A stretch of 248,000 nt of DNA, taken from NCBI RefSeq assembly GCF_000737315.1, contig NZ_JMCB01000001.1, forward strand, positions 20,001 through 268,000, in the 5' to 3' direction. The position numbers and the translations under genes were made by a program. The DNA is from Hyalangium minutum (GTDB lineage: Bacteria > Myxococcota > Myxococcia > Myxococcales > Myxococcaceae). The first letter of the stretch is position 1. The number at the start of each line of letters is the position of its first letter. Below are positions 212,651-223,040 of the stretch, one piece after another. Below the pieces are notes generated by a model, which was not told the DNA's origin, searched no databases, and saw only the letters and a list, made by a program, of their open reading frames with translations.

Positions 212651-213469
212651 CTAGCGCCCCTTCCGCCCGAGGCCACCGGAAACCTGCCGCCCCTGTTGGG
212701 GTGGCGCCAGTGCGGTGCTGCGGCGGTGCTCCTGGGGTGCATCCAAGAACGTGCCGAGAAGCACCCAGCGTCGCGCCGCGTCCTGGGCGCCGGGCCTGGC
212801 CACCAGAGGCGTGGTGTAGTGCCAGAAGGGCAGCCGGTACACCGTCATCCCGCCCAAGGTGTTGACGCTGGCGATCTCCGAGAAGTGTCCTCCCTTGGCG
212901 TAGACGAGCCACTGGTGCGCCACGGCCGGGGTGGCCAGGGTGAGGTGCATGTCCACGTACCCGTCGCGGGCCTCGAGGTCCTCGGGGTGGTGATCATTGT
213001 GCGGGCCGGTGTAGTCCCCGGGCCCGTAGCACAGAGCCTGGATGCCCCAGTTGCGCCGCAGCGCACGTCCACTCACGGCGGCGGCGAAGGCCCCGAAGCT
213101 CTCCGAGCGCAGCATGGCCGTGAGCCCCACCCGCTCGGCCGCGCGCCACGAGCGGGAGCGGCGGCTTCCGAGCAGCGCCGTCCGTACGCGCACCGCCTTG
213201 GGCAGCAATTCCGAGTAGTTCTCCGTCATCCCCAGCAGGCTCTCGGGGGGAATCGGATCATCCATCTGCGTGAGCGTGCCGAGCAGTTCCTCCTCCAGCG
213301 CATCGCGGCAGGCGGCGGCCTTCTTTGCGTCGACGACCCCCGTCAACGAGATGAAGCGCTGCGGCGGCACTCGGAGCAGTGCGCCACAGACTTTTTCGTC
213401 TTGTCCTTTGAGAATCCGGAGGCCCTTGGGGGTCAGGAGGTCGGCAAAATCGGAAGGGAACATGGGCAT
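212651..213469 (-). CDS. 2OG-Fe(II) oxygenase-like protein
   Basis: PHND..WHYT motif. Confidence 0.55.
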   Translation of the reverse strand: MPMFPSDFADLLTPKGLRILKGQDEKVCGALLRVPPQRFISLTGVVDAKKAAACRDALEEELLGTLTQMDDPIPPESLLGMTENYSELLPKAVRVRTALLGSRRSRSWRAAERVGLTAMLRSESFGAFAAAVSGRALRRNWGIQALCYGPGDYTGPHNDHHPEDLEARDGYVDMHLTLATPAVAHQWLVYAKGGHFSEIASVNTLGGMTVYRLPFWHYTTPLVARPGAQDAARRWVLLGTFLDAPQEHRRSTALAPPQQGRQVSGGLGRKGR

Positions 213470-213471
213470 GG

Positions 213472-213497
213472 CAACTTTCACCCAGACTGTCAGATAA
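213472..213497 (+). promoter_or_regulatory. sigma28-like promoter CAACTT-N13-CAGATAA
   Basis: spacing and box match to the needle promoters, 31 bp before the ATG at 213529. Confidence 0.45.
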
Positions 213498-213528
213498 TGC
213501 TCCCAACGTCTTCCCCCGGAGCTCTTCC

Positions 213529-214245
213529 ATGGATCCCATCGGCCGCCGCCCCAGTGCCCTCCCTTCTCTTCCCACGGCTGCTCCGGCGGAGACCCGCCCT
213601 GCTGCGGCCCCCGTGAAGGCGGCCGCCACGAACGCCGTGAGCCAGCTGCAGCGCAGCAGCTTCGAGGCCCCGGTGGCGAAGGCCGCAGCGGCTCAGCCGA
213701 TGCCGGGCGCATGGCGCGGTGGGCCGGACACGCCGGTGGGCAAGGCGATCGCCGGGATGGTCGAGCGGATGCGCGCCTCGGACGCGTCGGGCATCAAGAT
213801 CAAGGGAGACACGATGGAGAGCCTGTTCACGCGGGCCATCCTGGACAACAAGCACGTGTCGAATGATCAGCTGCTGGCCATCACCCAGGTGAAGCTGGAC
213901 CAGCTGGCCACCAGCCCCGAGGATCGCGCCAAGGTGCTGCAGAAGGTGCCCAACGCCCGGGAGCTGCCGGTGCACAAGTTCACGGTGGGCATGCTCGCGG
214001 CGGCCACGGGCATTGATCCGAAGGCGCTCTCCGAGGCCTGCCCGGATCTGGGCCTGACGGGCGCGCCGGGCACCCCGCTGCTGTACGCGGCGAAGACGGA
214101 GCGGATGCAGCGCTCCACCGCGCTCCACGACTTCACGGACTACCTGCGCGGCGCGGGCGTGAAGGGCATGAACAAGGCCGTCTGGGGGGTGGAGAACCGC
214201 ATCCTCTCGGCCGCCGTGAGCGCGCTCGGCGGTGGGCGCTACTAA
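213529..214245 (+). CDS. hypothetical protein with Pro/Ala-rich N-terminus (T3SS substrate candidate)
   Basis: no signal peptide; SSFEAP in disordered leader. Confidence 0.6.
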   Translation: MDPIGRRPSALPSLPTAAPAETRPAAAPVKAAATNAVSQLQRSSFEAPVAKAAAAQPMPGAWRGGPDTPVGKAIAGMVERMRASDASGIKIKGDTMESLFTRAILDNKHVSNDQLLAITQVKLDQLATSPEDRAKVLQKVPNARELPVHKFTVGMLAAATGIDPKALSEACPDLGLTGAPGTPLLYAAKTERMQRSTALHDFTDYLRGAGVKGMNKAVWGVENRILSAAVSALGGGRY

Positions 214246-214360
214246 CTAACAGCGGCTCGTGGGCGGCAACATCTCGGGATGGAAGATCCCGAGTGGTTCC
214301 CACACATATTGGTCGATGGGCACCCAGGAGATGTATCTGAGGGGGTGTTTCTCGGCATGG

Positions 214361-215287
214361 CTACGGCAGTAGGTCGAGAAAGCGGCGCTCCCAGCGCTGG
214401 GTGTCCTCCTCGGACTGGCCGAGCATCCTTCCTCTGGGATCGCGGAAGAGCCACGGCTCCAGGACTTGAGCCAGCTCGCGGTAGGCTGGGAGCGTGTCGC
214501 CTCGCTCAATGTCGCCGGCCTCGGGCCATGCGCCCAGGGTGACGAGCACCTTGTCCCCTTCCATCTCCTGGACCGTGGTGCCGAGGCCGTGGAGCCGTGC
214601 GCGCAGCCCCGCAGCGCCTCCAAGCTGTCCCAGCACGGGCTGGCCCAGGAACGTGAGCCAGTGCGGACCTCTCACGCCGGTTCCGACCTCCCAGGAGAGG
214701 GACTCGGGCGAGTCGTAGACGTCGATGCCCGGATAGCGAAGCCAGTAACGGGCCACTTCGCGCCGGACTCCCACCAGCGCGTACTCGGCATTGAAGGACA
214801 GGCCCCCGTGCCCGGAGCAGAGGGGGAGAGGAGCAGCCAGTCCCATGGCCAGCTCTCGCACTCGCCCTGGGCCATGCTCCTCCAGGAACTCCGTGGGCAG
214901 CCAGAAAGTTGCCGCACACACCGGGCCCGGTCTGTGCCCCTCATGGAGCGCTTCAAGGTTCTTTTTGCCCCAGTAGTCGAAGCGATACCGGCTCTCGGTA
215001 TCGGAGCCGTCCCTCAACCGGATCATGGGAGACTGACTCTCACCTAGCTCTCGCCGAGTGATTTCCCAGCCCCGTTCGTCGAGCGGCTGCGGCTCTCCCT
215101 CATCATCCATGTACCAACCCAGCGCCTGCGGCCCAACGGCACGCAGGTACACCTCCAGAGAACGGAGGACGTTCTCGACGATCTGCAGGTGTGAATGACG
215201 CATGTAGAAGCTGATGCTCAGCCCCTCGCGGACCAACTCGAAGCCATTTTTGGCCCGGACACGTATCCGCGGGTAGCGCTCGCTCAT
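214361..215287 (-). CDS. DUF3396 (TsiV-like) immunity protein
   Basis: WLPTEFLEEHG..LP..GH.GL..HWLTFLG..LG.WPEAGD. Confidence 0.75.
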   Translation of the reverse strand: MSERYPRIRVRAKNGFELVREGLSISFYMRHSHLQIVENVLRSLEVYLRAVGPQALGWYMDDEGEPQPLDERGWEITRRELGESQSPMIRLRDGSDTESRYRFDYWGKKNLEALHEGHRPGPVCAATFWLPTEFLEEHGPGRVRELAMGLAAPLPLCSGHGGLSFNAEYALVGVRREVARYWLRYPGIDVYDSPESLSWEVGTGVRGPHWLTFLGQPVLGQLGGAAGLRARLHGLGTTVQEMEGDKVLVTLGAWPEAGDIERGDTLPAYRELAQVLEPWLFRDPRGRMLGQSEEDTQRWERRFLDLLP

Positions 215288-216141
215288 CGTGCGACTCCCA
215301 GGTGAGGTTGAACACGCGCAGGCTGCCCGCCCAGGGCTTTCCGGTACACCTCTCCCTGAGTTTTCCCTCCATGTGGACTTCCTGCTGGGTACTTTCTCCA
215401 GTCCAACGTCCTAGAGGTGTTCGCACAAGGGAACTTGTAGTCGTAGCCGTCCTGGACCCGGTGGGGCTGCCCTTCATGGATGACGATGTCGGGCTCGATG
215501 GTTCCGCGAAGCTCCGCGCTGCGTCCCTGTCTCAGCAACGTCTCCACCGCCTCGCGAGGGAGGTACTCGGCCTTGCCGGTCTCCGGGTCGACTCGGTAGC
215601 GGGGCTGGATGCTGAAGCCGCCCGGCTTCAGTTCCTGGAGCTTCTTCTCGGCACACTGAAGGGCGACGGTGTGTTGCTCCACACCCAATTGCATCGCTCG
215701 CGTGATGGGCTGCCCCTGGCTATCTGTACCGACGACCTCGTTGCACTCCTCGCGTGTGGGGGAACGCCCGAAGTGCTTGAGCATCACCTCGGAGCGTGCC
215801 GCATCCGCACACTCGGCAAGGGCTTCGTCAAGGCGGGCCTGCAGCCCAGCGTTCAGGGAGTGGCCGACTTGGATGACAGCAGCGCCCACCACACTGGCGG
215901 CGAGCACAGGTACGCTTGTCGCGGGTAGAGGAGGTGGCCCCGGGGGAGGATTGGGGACCACCCGGAGTCCTGGCGTGGGTGGGCAGTTGGCCGGGTTCCT
216001 GACGCAGGTATTCGAAACGGTGTCCGGGACTTGGGCATACTGGCGGGGGACGCCGTAGCTGGCCGTGCCACAGGCCGTGAAGAAGAGGACCGCGCTGAGT
216101 GCCCTCCACACCGCCCACCCGGATGAATCTCCTCGCTTCAT
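215284..216141 (-). CDS. lipoprotein toxin with restriction-endonuclease/VRR-NUC-like C-terminus
   Basis: lipobox FTAC; PDIVIH..YDYKFPC; coupled to DUF3396. Confidence 0.65.
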   Translation of the reverse strand: MKRGDSSGWAVWRALSAVLFFTACGTASYGVPRQYAQVPDTVSNTCVRNPANCPPTPGLRVVPNPPPGPPPLPATSVPVLAASVVGAAVIQVGHSLNAGLQARLDEALAECADAARSEVMLKHFGRSPTREECNEVVGTDSQGQPITRAMQLGVEQHTVALQCAEKKLQELKPGGFSIQPRYRVDPETGKAEYLPREAVETLLRQGRSAELRGTIEPDIVIHEGQPHRVQDGYDYKFPCANTSRTLDWRKYPAGSPHGGKTQGEVYRKALGGQPARVQPHLGVAR

Positions 216142-216373
216142 GGAGGGCTCCGTTCCCAAGGTTCTCGCGATTCTACCGAAGTGAGCACTGCTCCCCCGAT
216201 TCAACCAAGGGAGCAAGGATCCCCCTTCTGCGCGTCCACGTACTTGGGGCTGATGGCCACGTAGCCCACCTTCCCCGTCTTCGTCGGCGCCTCCGCCTGG
216301 AGACAATCATCAGGACGAGGCCCACCCCGTAGCCGAAGCTGATGACCCAACCCGCGTAGCAAATCCATGGCAT

Positions 216374-216451
216374 GAAGAGCCAGATGCGGGAATTCTGCAC
216401 GTCCGGATCCGTGGGGAGCCCGGGGCCAGTCAGCGCCCGGGTTTACTCGAC
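216374..216451 (+). mobile_element. group II intron 3' remnant (domains V-VI)
   Basis: GAGCCAGATGCGGGAATTCTGCACGTCCGGATC D5 (AGC triad, AC bulge) followed by a D6 hairpin ending ACTCGAC; no RT ORF. Confidence 0.65.
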
Positions 216452-216454
216452 CAA

Positions 216455-216488
216455 TTCCAAGCTGCGGGTTCGATTCCTGCCGCCTCCA
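216455..216488 (+). repeat. tmRNA-3'-end-like att repeat, copy 2
   Basis: TCCAAGCTGCGGGTTCGATTCCTGCCGCCTCCA. Confidence 0.6.
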
Positions 216489-216491
216489 CTT

Positions 216492-217430
216492 TTACTCATT
216501 GGTGCCGCCCTCCAGCCGCTGACGGGCCGCCTCGCGGCGCTTCGCCCGGGCCTTGCCCGCAACTCCAAGCAGGGCCTTGTCCCGCGCCCACCGCTCGCGC
216601 GTGGGTGCGTCCACCTGAGGCCACCACTCCTCCAGTGACTTCACGAGCCGCTGGCACAGGTCCAGCGCTCCCCCCAGCGCCACGTGCACCGCCGGGGACG
216701 AGGGGTCCGCCAGCGCGAGCCCTCGAATCATCACCGCCACCGCGAGCACCTCGTCCTGCACCCGCTCGGGCCAGCCCGAGCGCCGCCCCACCTGCAGCAA
216801 CCAGCCCAGCAGCGCCGCGTGCACGTGGCAGTCCTCCACCGTCCGGAACGGCTTGAGGTACCTCGTATAGCCGTCCCCGGGCAGCACCTCGTCCGGAGAC
216901 ACCTTCACATCGGTCAGCTGCAGCTCCGCGTGGGGAACCTCCGGGACGAATGGCGTCTCGGGGAGCACGTTGAGGTGCACGCCCTCGCGGTGGGCGTCGA
217001 TCATCACCACCCGGAGCCGGTTCCGCCCCTGCTCATCCAGTCCCTCAGTGGCCACGACGAACAGTGTGTCCGCCGCCGTGCCCAACGTAACGAACCCTTT
217101 CGAGCCCGAGAGCCGCAGCGGCCCGCCGCCGTCGCCTCCGATGAGCCGGGTCTGGATGGCACTGGGATGGGCGCTCCCGGCCTCGGTCGCACAGAGCGCG
217201 GCACGGTGGTCCTTGGGCATCCCCGTGAAGAGCGAGCGCAACGCCGCGTGATACCCGGAGGCGAACGCGAACCCCAGCCGGTCCGCCCGGAACCCTCCCG
217301 CCAGCGCGAGGTCCACGGGCGACTGGAACCGGGAGGCCAGCTCAAGGTGCTGCCGCCACCATTCTTCCAGGGAGCCAAGCGTGCCTGGTTGGGGAGGCGT
217401 CGTGAGGAGGAATCGGAGGATTTCGTCCAC
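216492..217430 (-). CDS. acyl-CoA dehydrogenase-like protein
   Basis: ALCATE; LSGSKGFVT; KPFRTVED. Confidence 0.75.
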   Translation of the reverse strand: MDEILRFLLTTPPQPGTLGSLEEWWRQHLELASRFQSPVDLALAGGFRADRLGFAFASGYHAALRSLFTGMPKDHRAALCATEAGSAHPSAIQTRLIGGDGGGPLRLSGSKGFVTLGTAADTLFVVATEGLDEQGRNRLRVVMIDAHREGVHLNVLPETPFVPEVPHAELQLTDVKVSPDEVLPGDGYTRYLKPFRTVEDCHVHAALLGWLLQVGRRSGWPERVQDEVLAVAVMIRGLALADPSSPAVHVALGGALDLCQRLVKSLEEWWPQVDAPTRERWARDKALLGVAGKARAKRREAARQRLEGGTNE

Positions 217431-217566
217431 CTCCCCACTCTAAGTCATGGGAAATACTTCTTGTCCCCAAACCTCCCCATGGGGACTCTGTTGAGATGTA
217501 CGACGGGTTTTAACCATCGACCGGTCCGGGGGTTCTCCTTCCAGACCTGCACGCTCGCCCAGCAAG

Positions 217567-218898
217567 ATGCCCACCTCCCCCGGCAAACCTCCTCGCAGCG
217601 CCCCGACCGCTCTGATGGTGGGGCTCCTCGCCCTGACCCTCACCCCGAGTCTCAGTGCCGCCCAGGAGGAGTCGTCGTGGGTGAGCATGACACTCGAAGA
217701 GGCGATGGACCGGGCGCTCAAAGCCAGCCCCCAGATCGTCCAAGCTCAGGGCACCATCCGCAACGCCGCAGCCTCCGAGCGAAGCGCCTTCGGGGCCTAC
217801 CTGCCCAGCCTGTCCGCCAACGCCAGCAGCTCGCTGTCCAGCACCGAGCGCCTCAACCCCACCACGGGCACCCCCGTCACCGGCTCCGCCGATTCCTACA
217901 GTGCGGGCCTCTCGGCCTCGTGGGACGTGTTCACCGGGTTCCGCCGGAAAAATGAGCGCATGCGCGCCCAGGCCGAGTCCCAGTCCGCCGAGGCCCAGCT
218001 CGTGGGCCAGCGCTTCACCGTGGAGCTCTCCGTCGCGCGCTCCTTCTTCGAGGCCCTGCGCGCCGAGGAGCTCATGACCGTGGCCAAGGCCCGCATCGAG
218101 CGCGCTCGCGAGGGCGTCGAGGCCGCCGAGCGCCGCTTGGCCGTGGGCTCGGCCACGCGCTCGGATGTGCTCCGCTCCCAGCTTGAGCTCAACACCGCCC
218201 AGGAGTCCCTGCTCCAGTTGGAGAACCAGCGCCTGACGTCAGGCCTCACCCTGGGGCGGCTCGTCGGCACCGATGGCCCCGTGGACCCGGCTCCCTCCGG
218301 TCCTCTGGAGCCCACGCCGATCCAGTCCTCGCGCGAGGACATCATCTCCAGCCTCGTCGCCCAGGCGCCTTCGGTGAAGTCCGCGGAGGCCGCCGTGCTC
218401 TCGGCCGATGCAGGTATCGGCACGGCGCGCTCGCAGTACTACCCCACCGTCCGCCTCTCCGCCGGCTATGACTGGTTCAACCAGGACTTCGGCTTCGCGG
218501 GAGGCCGGACGAGCTGGTCCGTCCGGCTCGGGGTCTCCTATCCCATCTTCGACGGCTTCCAGCGCGAGGGGGGGATGATCCGCGCGACCACTGCGGCCGA
218601 AGTCAGCCAGGCCCAGCTCCTGGACACCCGCCGCGCCGTCCGCTCCGAGGCCGAGCGGGTGATGAGCCAACTCGCTCTCTCGGAGAAGCGCGTCACCATG
218701 GCCCGGCAGGCCGTGGAGGTCGCCCAGGAGGATCTGCGCGTCCAACAGGAGCGCTATCGCCTGGGTGCCACCACCATCCTCGAGCTGCTCACCTCCCAGG
218801 CCGCCCTCGTCGAGGCCCAGAACAACCTCGTGAGCCTGCGCTTCGACTACCTGCTGTCCCGCTCCGAGCTGGAGTCCGTTCTCGGGAGGAAGCTGTGA
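217567..218898 (+). CDS. TolC family outer-membrane channel
   Basis: signal peptide; YLPSLS; [12 protein letters not shown]. Confidence 0.9.
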   Translation: MPTSPGKPPRSAPTALMVGLLALTLTPSLSAAQEESSWVSMTLEEAMDRALKASPQIVQAQGTIRNAAASERSAFGAYLPSLSANASSSLSSTERLNPTTGTPVTGSADSYSAGLSASWDVFTGFRRKNERMRAQAESQSAEAQLVGQRFTVELSVARSFFEALRAEELMTVAKARIERAREGVEAAERRLAVGSATRSDVLRSQLELNTAQESLLQLENQRLTSGLTLGRLVGTDGPVDPAPSGPLEPTPIQSSREDIISSLVAQAPSVKSAEAAVLSADAGIGTARSQYYPTVRLSAGYDWFNQDFGFAGGRTSWSVRLGVSYPIFDGFQREGGMIRATTAAEVSQAQLLDTRRAVRSEAERVMSQLALSEKRVTMARQAVEVAQEDLRVQQERYRLGATTILELLTSQAALVEAQNNLVSLRFDYLLSRSELESVLGRKL

Positions 218899-219608
218899 AC
218901 GCCGGCGAGCGCTCGGTCCTGGACGTGGTCATCCGCGTCGAGAGCCTGACGAAGACGTACAAGATGGGCTCGGAGGAAGTGCACGCCCTGCGCGGAGTCA
219001 ACCTGGAGATCCGCCGCAACGAGTACGTCGCCGTCATGGGCCCCTCCGGCTCCGGCAAGTCCACTTTCATGAACCTCATTGGCTGCCTGGATATCCCGAG
219101 CGGCGGCCAGTACTGGCTCAACGGCCAGCCCGTGGCGGGACTGAGCGAGGAGGCGCTGGCCCGGATACGCAACCGCGAGATCGGCTTCGTCTTCCAGAGC
219201 TTCAACCTGCTGCCCCGCGCCTCCGCGCTGGACAATGTGGCGCTGCCGCTCGTCTACGCGGGCGTGAGGAAGAGCATCCGCCGCGAGCGGGCCGCCGTGC
219301 TGCTCGACAAGGTGGGCCTCGGGGCGCGCAAGGACCACCGCCCCAACGAGATGTCCGGCGGCCAGCGCCAGCGCGTGGCCATTGCCCGGGCCCTCGTCAC
219401 CCAGCCCGCACTGCTGCTGGCGGACGAGCCCACCGGAGCGCTCGACAGCAAGACCGGCGAGGAGATCATGGCGCTCTTCGGTGAACTCCATGCCCAGGGA
219501 CAGACCTTGATGCTCGTTACCCATGAATCCGACATTGCCGAGCACGCCAAGCGCGTCCTCTTTCTCAAGGACGGCGTGATCGAGCGGGATGACCGGAAGA
219601 AAGACTGA
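218895..219608 (+). CDS. MacB-type ABC ATPase
   Basis: GPSGSGKST; MSGGQRQRV. Confidence 0.9.
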   Translation: MNAGERSVLDVVIRVESLTKTYKMGSEEVHALRGVNLEIRRNEYVAVMGPSGSGKSTFMNLIGCLDIPSGGQYWLNGQPVAGLSEEALARIRNREIGFVFQSFNLLPRASALDNVALPLVYAGVRKSIRRERAAVLLDKVGLGARKDHRPNEMSGGQRQRVAIARALVTQPALLLADEPTGALDSKTGEEIMALFGELHAQGQTLMLVTHESDIAEHAKRVLFLKDGVIERDDRKKD

Positions 219609-219623
219609 ACGGGAGAGGCGCTC

Positions 219624-221117
219624 GTGAACTGGAAGAAGGTGGTCCTCATCCTCGGAGTGCTGGCCCTCGTGGGAGCGGGCGTGTACTTCGTGCGCGGCCA
219701 GGCCGCGGCGAAGACGCCTCAGCGCGAGCTGCCCACCGCCGAGGCCAAGCGCATGGACATGGAGATCGTCGCCGAGGCCTCCGGCCTGCTGGAGCCCATC
219801 CGCGTCGTGGAGGTGAAGTCGAAGGCCTCCGGTGAGGTGCTCCGCGTGCTCGTCGAGACTGGCAACGCGGTGAAGCAGGGAGACCTGCTGACGGAGATCG
219901 ATCCCCGCGACGTGCAGAACGCGCTCATCCAGGCCGAGGCGGACCTCGAGTCCGCCCAGGTCCGCATGAAGACCGTCGAGGCCCAGCGCCAGCGCATGGA
220001 GGCCCTGCGGGCCACCGGCGTCGTCACGCAGCAGGAGCTGGAGACCGCCGTGGATGCCGCCGCCACGGCCCGCGCCGCCGTCGTCCGCGCCGATACGAAC
220101 CTGCAGCTGGCCCGAGAGCGGCGCAAGGACGTGACGATCCGTGCGCCGATCGACGGCACCATCCTGGAGCGCACCATCGAGCCTGGGCAGATCATCGCCT
220201 CGGCCACCACCAACGTGTCCGGCGGCACCACGCTGTTCAAGATGGCCGACATGTCCGAGATGCAGGTCCGCACGAAGGTGGACGAGACCGACATCGGGAA
220301 GATCCGCCCCGGCCTGGAGGCGCGCGTCTCGCTGGAGGCCTACCCCAGCCGCACCTTCACCGGCGAGGTCGTCAAGATCGAGCCTCAGGCCGTGGTCGAG
220401 CAGAACGTGACGCTCTTCCCCGTGCTCATCCGCCTGAAGAACCCGGAGGGGTTGCTCAAGCCCGGGATGAACGCGGAGGTGGGTGTCCAGATCGCCAGCC
220501 GCCAGGACGTCGTCACGGTCCCCAACACGGCGGTGGTGAGCCCTCGCGAGGCAGCCACCGCGGCGTCGGCGCTCGGCCTGGACGAGGCCACGGTGCGCGC
220601 GACGCTGCGCCCATCGGGAGCTGCTCCCTCGACGGGTCCAGCCCCTGAGACGCCCGCGGCCCCGTCTCCGGAGTGCGCGGAGCTGTTCGAGCGCCTCAAG
220701 ACGGATGCGGGCCCCCCCAGCCTGTCCGACGCGGATCGCGAGAAGCTCCAGGCGTGCAGGCCCGAGGGCATGGCCGAGGGCGGTGGCCGGGGCGGACGGT
220801 TCCGCGGCGGCCAGGGCCAGCAGCGCGGAAACAACGCGGACCGGCGTCCCGGGGTGGTCTTCGTTCAGCAGCAGGACGGCAGCCCCCAGCCCCGGCGCGT
220901 CATGCTGGGCCTGAGCGACTGGGAAAACACGGAGGTCCTCAACGGCCTGGAGGCGGGCGAGAAGGTGCTCCTGGTCGCCGTGGCCCAGCTCCAGCAACAG
221001 CAGCAGCAGAGCATGGATCGGATGCGGCAGCGGGCCGGCGGCGTCATCCCCGGCGCGGGCGGCGGAGCTCGTGGCGGTGGTGGCGGTGGTGGCGGCGGTG
221101 GCGGCACCCGGAGGTAA
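219624..221117 (+). CDS. MacA-type periplasmic adaptor
   Basis: EVKSKASG; IRAPIDG; LKPGMNA. Confidence 0.9.
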   Translation: MNWKKVVLILGVLALVGAGVYFVRGQAAAKTPQRELPTAEAKRMDMEIVAEASGLLEPIRVVEVKSKASGEVLRVLVETGNAVKQGDLLTEIDPRDVQNALIQAEADLESAQVRMKTVEAQRQRMEALRATGVVTQQELETAVDAAATARAAVVRADTNLQLARERRKDVTIRAPIDGTILERTIEPGQIIASATTNVSGGTTLFKMADMSEMQVRTKVDETDIGKIRPGLEARVSLEAYPSRTFTGEVVKIEPQAVVEQNVTLFPVLIRLKNPEGLLKPGMNAEVGVQIASRQDVVTVPNTAVVSPREAATAASALGLDEATVRATLRPSGAAPSTGPAPETPAAPSPECAELFERLKTDAGPPSLSDADREKLQACRPEGMAEGGGRGGRFRGGQGQQRGNNADRRPGVVFVQQQDGSPQPRRVMLGLSDWENTEVLNGLEAGEKVLLVAVAQLQQQQQQSMDRMRQRAGGVIPGAGGGARGGGGGGGGGGGTRR

Positions 221118-221124
221118 CGCGGCC

Positions 221125-222336
221125 ATGATCATCTTCGAGATCCTCTGGGTGGCGCTGGACGCGATCGTCGCCAACAAGCTGCGCTCGCTGCTCACCATGC
221201 TGGGCGTCGTCATCGGCATCGCGGCGGTCATCACCATGGTGGCCCTGGGCGAGGGAGCCCAGCGCTCGGTGGAGGCCCGGCTGAAGACGCTGGGCGCCAA
221301 CGTGCTCACCGTCCGCCCCGGGCAAAGCTTCGCGGGTGGACTGGGCCGAGGCCAGGCCGCGCTCACCGCCGAGGATGCGGAGGCGCTCCGCGAGGCGCCT
221401 CAGTACATCCAGGCCGTCTCGCCCGAACTGGAGGGCCGGGTGCAGATCGAGAACGGCGCGAGCAACGCCAACATGTCCATCGTGGGCGTGTGGCCCACCT
221501 ACTTCAGCGTCAACAACTATCAGCTGTCAGACGGGCGCCTCTTCACCGAGGCGGAAGAGCGAGGCCGCCGCCGCATCGCCGTCCTGGGTGCCCTGGTGGG
221601 CTCGCAGCTCGGCGGCGTCTCGAGCGAGTCACTGGTGGGGAAGACGATCCGGATCGGCGGCGTGCCCTTCGAGGTCATCGGGGTGCTCACGGAGAAGGGC
221701 TCCCAGGGATTCTCCAATCCGGACGAGAGCCTCTACATCCCCCTGGCGACCGCGCAGTTCCGCGTCATGGGCAGTGACCGCGTGCGCTCCATCGCCGTGC
221801 AGGCCACGAGCGAGGACACCATGGATGACGCCATGGTGGAGATCGATCAGGTCCTCCGGCGCCAGCACCGGCTGCGGCCTGGGCAAGATGCGGACTTCAA
221901 CATCCGCGATCAGGCCTCGCTGCTCAGCACCGTGCAGGAGACCACGCAGACGTTCACCTTGCTGCTGGCGGGCATCGCGGCGATCTCCCTGCTGGTGGGA
222001 GGCATCGGCATCATGAACATCATGCTGGTGTCGGTGACGGAGCGCACCCGGGAGATCGGCCTGCGCAAGGCGCTGGGCGCGCGGCCCAACGACATCATGC
222101 TGCAGTTCCTCATCGAGTCGCTCGTGCTGTGCCTCGTCGGCGGCGGCCTGGGGCTGCTGCTGGGTCTGGGCGGCTCGTATGCGCTTCAGCAGCTCGCGGG
222201 GTGGCAGACGGCCGTGGCGCCCGAGTCGGTGGTGCTGGCCTTCGTGTTCTCGGGCGGCGTGGGCGTGTTCTTCGGCATCTGGCCTGCCCGGCGTGCGGCG
222301 AGCCTCACGCCGATCGAGTCTCTCCGGTACGAGTAG
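221125..222336 (+). CDS. MacB-type ABC permease
   Basis: RSLLTMLGVVIGI; ERTREIGLRKALGA. Confidence 0.9.
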   Translation: MIIFEILWVALDAIVANKLRSLLTMLGVVIGIAAVITMVALGEGAQRSVEARLKTLGANVLTVRPGQSFAGGLGRGQAALTAEDAEALREAPQYIQAVSPELEGRVQIENGASNANMSIVGVWPTYFSVNNYQLSDGRLFTEAEERGRRRIAVLGALVGSQLGGVSSESLVGKTIRIGGVPFEVIGVLTEKGSQGFSNPDESLYIPLATAQFRVMGSDRVRSIAVQATSEDTMDDAMVEIDQVLRRQHRLRPGQDADFNIRDQASLLSTVQETTQTFTLLLAGIAAISLLVGGIGIMNIMLVSVTERTREIGLRKALGARPNDIMLQFLIESLVLCLVGGGLGLLLGLGGSYALQQLAGWQTAVAPESVVLAFVFSGGVGVFFGIWPARRAASLTPIESLRYE

Positions 222337-222351
222337 CCCGCGGCCCCGCGC

Positions 222352-222990
222352 CTACGCCTGCTTGCGCGTCTTCGAGCGGGCGCCGCCCCGCGCCGTCTGC
222401 TTGCGCTGGGAGCCCTTGGCGCGGGTCTTCTTCTGCGTGCTCGCGCCCTTCTTGGCGGCCTTCTTCGCTGCCTTCCGGGCCCGCTGGGGCGGCTTGGGGG
222501 GCGCCAGGATGGTGCCCCGGCAGTCCTTCGCGCCACAGCGGCACACGTAGAGCGCCTCGGATTCCTCGTCCATGCCCTCGGCCCGCTCGTAGGCGTAGTC
222601 GTAGACGAGCTCCGTACCGGGCGAGATGTCCTTCAGGGCGTAGATGAAGATCTTGTCGCCCTCGATGAGCGCCTGGCAGTTGGGATCGCAACTGTGGTTG
222701 ATGAAGCGCGCCTCGTTGCCGTCCACCGCGGCGTCGATCACCGTGTCGTCGTCCAGGGTGAACAGGAAGGTGTGGTGGCGGCCCATGGCCTCGTCGTCGT
222801 AGCGCTTGTCCGCCTCGTCCTGAGTGATGCGCTCACCGGTGTACTCGATGATGCGCGCGCCCTTGCGGATGCGGCGCGTGGCGAAGGCGCCCCGCCCTTG
222901 GATGGGGGACTCGCGCAGCTCGAACGACAGCGGGCGACCGGTACTGGAGGGCGGGGAGGCAGAGGACTTCTTCGAGGTGGAGTCTGTCAT
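222352..222990 (-). CDS. SET-domain lysine methyltransferase
   Basis: ARFINHSCDPN; ELVYDY; CRCGAKDCRG. Confidence 0.9.
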   Translation of the reverse strand: MTDSTSKKSSASPPSSTGRPLSFELRESPIQGRGAFATRRIRKGARIIEYTGERITQDEADKRYDDEAMGRHHTFLFTLDDDTVIDAAVDGNEARFINHSCDPNCQALIEGDKIFIYALKDISPGTELVYDYAYERAEGMDEESEALYVCRCGAKDCRGTILAPPKPPQRARKAAKKAAKKGASTQKKTRAKGSQRKQTARGGARSKTRKQA

Positions 222991-223040
222991 CGATTGGTAT
223001 ACCTTGCCGCACTCGGACCTTCGATGAAAGGCGCTCGACG

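Noticed and set aside
222352-222990. SET-domain protein as a T3SS effector
   Set aside because: Common bacterial SET family, housekeeping context, no sigma28-like motif or secretion leader
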